A DNA stretch of 64,000 nt from an uncultured delta proteobacterium. GTDB taxonomy: Bacteria; Myxococcota; Myxococcia; Myxococcales; Myxococcaceae. How positions within the stretch are numbered: position 1 is the stretch's first letter; the number at the start of each line of letters is the position of its first letter. Positions 61,502 through 64,000 of this stretch are shown piece by piece. The notes under the pieces were generated by a model. It had not been told where the DNA came from and searched no databases. It saw nothing but the letters and a program-made list of their open reading frames with translations. The position numbers were made by a program, and so were the translations under genes. The stretch lies in contig CAWCKH010000004.1 of assembly GCA_963796055.1 (NCBI GenBank), positions 2,624,001 to 2,688,000 of the forward strand, written 5' to 3'.

Positions 61502-62985
61502 AGACGCTCGTCCTTCTCGCCCTCGCCGCCGCGGCGCCCGACGGACCGGTGCGGGTGGGGAGCAAGGCCTTCACCGAGTCGGTGATCGTCGGCGACCTCG
61601 CGACCGGGGTGCTCCAGCGCCGCGGACTGCGCGCCGAGCACGTCCGCGGCCTGGGGGGAACGCGGGTGGTCTGGGACGCGCTGGTGCGCGGCGACGTGGA
61701 CGTCTACCCGGAGTACACGGGGACGCTCGCCCAGGAGATCTTCGGCGGGAAGGTGCGCCCGGACGCGCTCGGGCCGGCCCTGGCCGCGCAAGGCATCGAG
61801 CTCGGACCACCGTTGGGGTTCGAGGACGGGTACGCGCTGGGGATGCGCGAGGACCGCGCGGAGGCGCTCGGCATCCGGCGGATCTCCGACCTCCGCACTC
61901 ACCCGGAGCTCCGGCTCGGCTTCAGCAGCGAGTTCCTCGATCGCGCAGACGGCTGGCGTGCGCTGGAGCGGGCGTACGGGCTGCCCCAGCGGAACGTCCG
62001 CGGGCTGGATCATGAGCTCGCCTACCGCGGCCTCCGGACCGGGGCGCTCGACGTGGTGGACCTCTACTCGACCGACCCGGAGATCCAGGCCGAGCACCTG
62101 CGGGTGCTCGAAGACGACCGGCATCACTTTCCCGAGTACCGGGCGGTGCTGCTGGTGCGTGCCGACCTCGAGCGCCGCGTGCCGGGAGCCAGCGCCGCGC
62201 TGGAGGTGCTCCGGGACCAGATCGACGCGCCGGCGATGATCGCCATGAACGCCCGGGCACGGCTGCAGCGGGTGCCAGAGCCGGAGGTGGCCGCGGCGTT
62301 TCTCCGGGACCGGCTGGGCGAGGGCGGCTCGAGCAGGGCCACGGCCGCGGCGCCTGGTCGCGCCCGCCGCATCCTCGCCCGGCTCGGAGAGCACCTGACC
62401 CTGGTGGGGGTATCGCTCGCCCTGTCGCTCGCGGTCGCGGTGCCCCTGGGCGTCCTCGCCGCGCGCCGGCGCCGGGTCGGGCAGGTGGTGCTGGCCACGG
62501 TGGGTGTGGTGCAGACCATCCCCTCGCTGGCCCTGCTGGTGCTGATGATCCCGCTCCTCGGCATCGGGACGCGGCCGGCAATTGCCGCGCTCTTCCTTTA
62601 CGGGCTCCTTCCCATCGTCCGGAACACCCATGCGGGGCTGGTGGGCATCGCCCCGGACCTGCGCGAGTCGGCCGAGGCGCTGGGGCTCCCCGGGATGTTC
62701 CGGCTGCTCCGGGTGGAGCTTCCTCTGGCCTCACCCTCCATCCTCGCTGGGGTGAAGACGTCGGCGGTCATCGCGGTGGGGACGGCGACGCTGGGGGCGC
62801 TGGTGGGGGCGGGCGGCTTCGGGCAGCCCATCCTCACCGGCATCCGCCTGGCCGACACCGGGCTGCTCCTCGAGGGCGCGCTGCCGGCGGCGGCGCTGGC
62901 ACTGGCGGTGGAGGCCGCGTTCGACGGCGTGGAGCGGCTGGTGGTCCCGCGCGGCCTCCGCCTCCGGCCGGACGAACCGGGATGA
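61498..62985 (+). CDS. Glycine betaine/choline ABC transporter, fused substrate-binding and permease subunit
   Basis: VGSKAFTES, DVYPEYTGT, QTIPSLAL and LLPIVRNT motifs; GTGA overlap with the ATPase. Confidence 0.92.
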   Translation: MKTLVLLALAAAAPDGPVRVGSKAFTESVIVGDLATGVLQRRGLRAEHVRGLGGTRVVWDALVRGDVDVYPEYTGTLAQEIFGGKVRPDALGPALAAQGIELGPPLGFEDGYALGMREDRAEALGIRRISDLRTHPELRLGFSSEFLDRADGWRALERAYGLPQRNVRGLDHELAYRGLRTGALDVVDLYSTDPEIQAEHLRVLEDDRHHFPEYRAVLLVRADLERRVPGASAALEVLRDQIDAPAMIAMNARARLQRVPEPEVAAAFLRDRLGEGGSSRATAAAPGRARRILARLGEHLTLVGVSLALSLAVAVPLGVLAARRRRVGQVVLATVGVVQTIPSLALLVLMIPLLGIGTRPAIAALFLYGLLPIVRNTHAGLVGIAPDLRESAEALGLPGMFRLLRVELPLASPSILAGVKTSAVIAVGTATLGALVGAGGFGQPILTGIRLADTGLLLEGALPAAALALAVEAAFDGVERLVVPRGLRLRPDEPG

Positions 62986-64000
62986 CTGTTCCGCTGTCGA
63001 GCTCGCAGGGGCGCGGCGTGCTCCTGGCCTCCATCGTCGGCTCGGGGATGGCGTTCCTGGACTCGACGGTGGTCAACGTCGCTCTGCCGACGCTGGCGCG
63101 GTCGCTGGGAGCGGACCTCGCCGGGTTGCAGTGGACGCTCGATGCCTATCTTCTGACCCTCTGCGCCTTCCTGCTGACCGGCGGCAGCCTGGGCGATCGG
63201 CTGGGACGAAAGCCGATGTTCGAGCTCGGGGTGCTGGGGTTCGCCGTCGCCTCCCTGCTTTGCGCGCTGGCGCCCGGCGTCCTCGCGCTGGCCCTGGCCC
63301 GCGCGCTCCAGGGGCTGGCGGCGGCGCTCCTCGTTCCCTTGAGCCTCGCACTGGTGCGGGGAGGCATCGACGAGTCGGACCAGGGCGCGGCGCTGGGGCT
63401 CTGGACCGGCCTGTCGGGGGTCACCTCCGCGGCAGGCCCCCTGGTCGGCGGCTGGCTGGTGGAGGCGGTGGGGTGGCGCTCCATCTTCCTCCTCAACCTG
63501 CCTCTGGCAGTGGTCGCGCTGTGGGCAGCGAGGCGCTACCTGCCCGACGCGACCCGGGCCCGGGAGGGCAAGCCGCTGGACCTGGCCGGCGCGGTGACCG
63601 GAGTGGTCGCCGTGGGGGGGATGACCTACGCCCTGATCGAGGGACCGGCGCACGGCTGGACCGCGCCGGCACTCGCCTCGGCGGCCGTCGGCGCAGCGGC
63701 CCTGGTCGCCTTCCTGCGCCTCGAGCGGCGGCCGGACGCAATGATGCCACTGTCCCTCTTCCGGAGCCCGGTGTTCGCCGCGGCCAACGGCGTGACCTTG
63801 CTCCTCTATGCAGCACTGGGCTGCGCCATCTTCCTCTTGATGCTGGAGCTGCAGATCGGGATGGGGCTCGCGCCGCTGAGCGCGGGTCTGACCTTGCTGC
63901 CGGCCACCGTGCTGATGCTCGTGCTCTCCCCACTCTCCGGCCGCTGGGGACAGACGCACGGCGGGCGCTGGCCCATGGCGCTGGGAGCGCTCATCGCCGC
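62982..64000 (+). CDS. DHA2 (EmrB/QacA-like) MFS transporter, 3'-truncated by the window edge
   Basis: Read directly: MTVPLSSSQGRGVLLASIVGSGMAFLDSTVVNVALP, GGSLGDRLGRK, WRSIFLLNLP. Confidence 0.9.
   Translation, partial: MTVPLSSSQGRGVLLASIVGSGMAFLDSTVVNVALPTLARSLGADLAGLQWTLDAYLLTLCAFLLTGGSLGDRLGRKPMFELGVLGFAVASLLCALAPGVLALALARALQGLAAALLVPLSLALVRGGIDESDQGAALGLWTGLSGVTSAAGPLVGGWLVEAVGWRSIFLLNLPLAVVALWAARRYLPDATRAREGKPLDLAGAVTGVVAVGGMTYALIEGPAHGWTAPALASAAVGAAALVAFLRLERRPDAMMPLSLFRSPVFAAANGVTLLLYAALGCAIFLLMLELQIGMGLAPLSAGLTLLPATVLMLVLSPLSGRWGQTHGGRWPMALGALIA

Overview
A very GC-rich, gene-dense chromosomal segment, most likely from a myxobacterium (Myxococcota). The evidence is a Ser/Thr kinase paired with an FHA-sigma54 activator, a GYF/J-like/PilZ protein and a double-length UvrA. 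About 60 CDSs cover mostly housekeeping, transport and envelope functions: AI-2E, MFS, RND and ABC transporters, PhoD, SorAB, SerB, CobB, LemA/TPM, MoxR/VWA and a small polysaccharide-modification cluster. I found no rRNA, tRNA, CRISPR array, transposase or prophage. Five frameshifts, all single-base insertions, look like sequencing or assembly errors. The most notable unexplained feature follows the kinase/FHA-activator operon: an enhancer-like GGTGCAAC repeat array, a sigma54 -24/-12 motif, and then an ORF-less unit of about 84 nt. That unit ends in a 15-bp hairpin with a CU-rich (anti-Shine-Dalgarno-like) loop and a U6 tail, making it a candidate kinase-controlled, Pxr-analogous small RNA. 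Other highlights are two divergent MITE-like elements with co-varying 16-bp palindromic cores, a J-domain/Zn-ribbon protein with a ubiquitin-like C-terminus, and a recurring TAnnnT motif just upstream of start codons that suggests widespread leaderless or short-leader transcripts. All family calls come from recognising motifs by eye, not from database searches.
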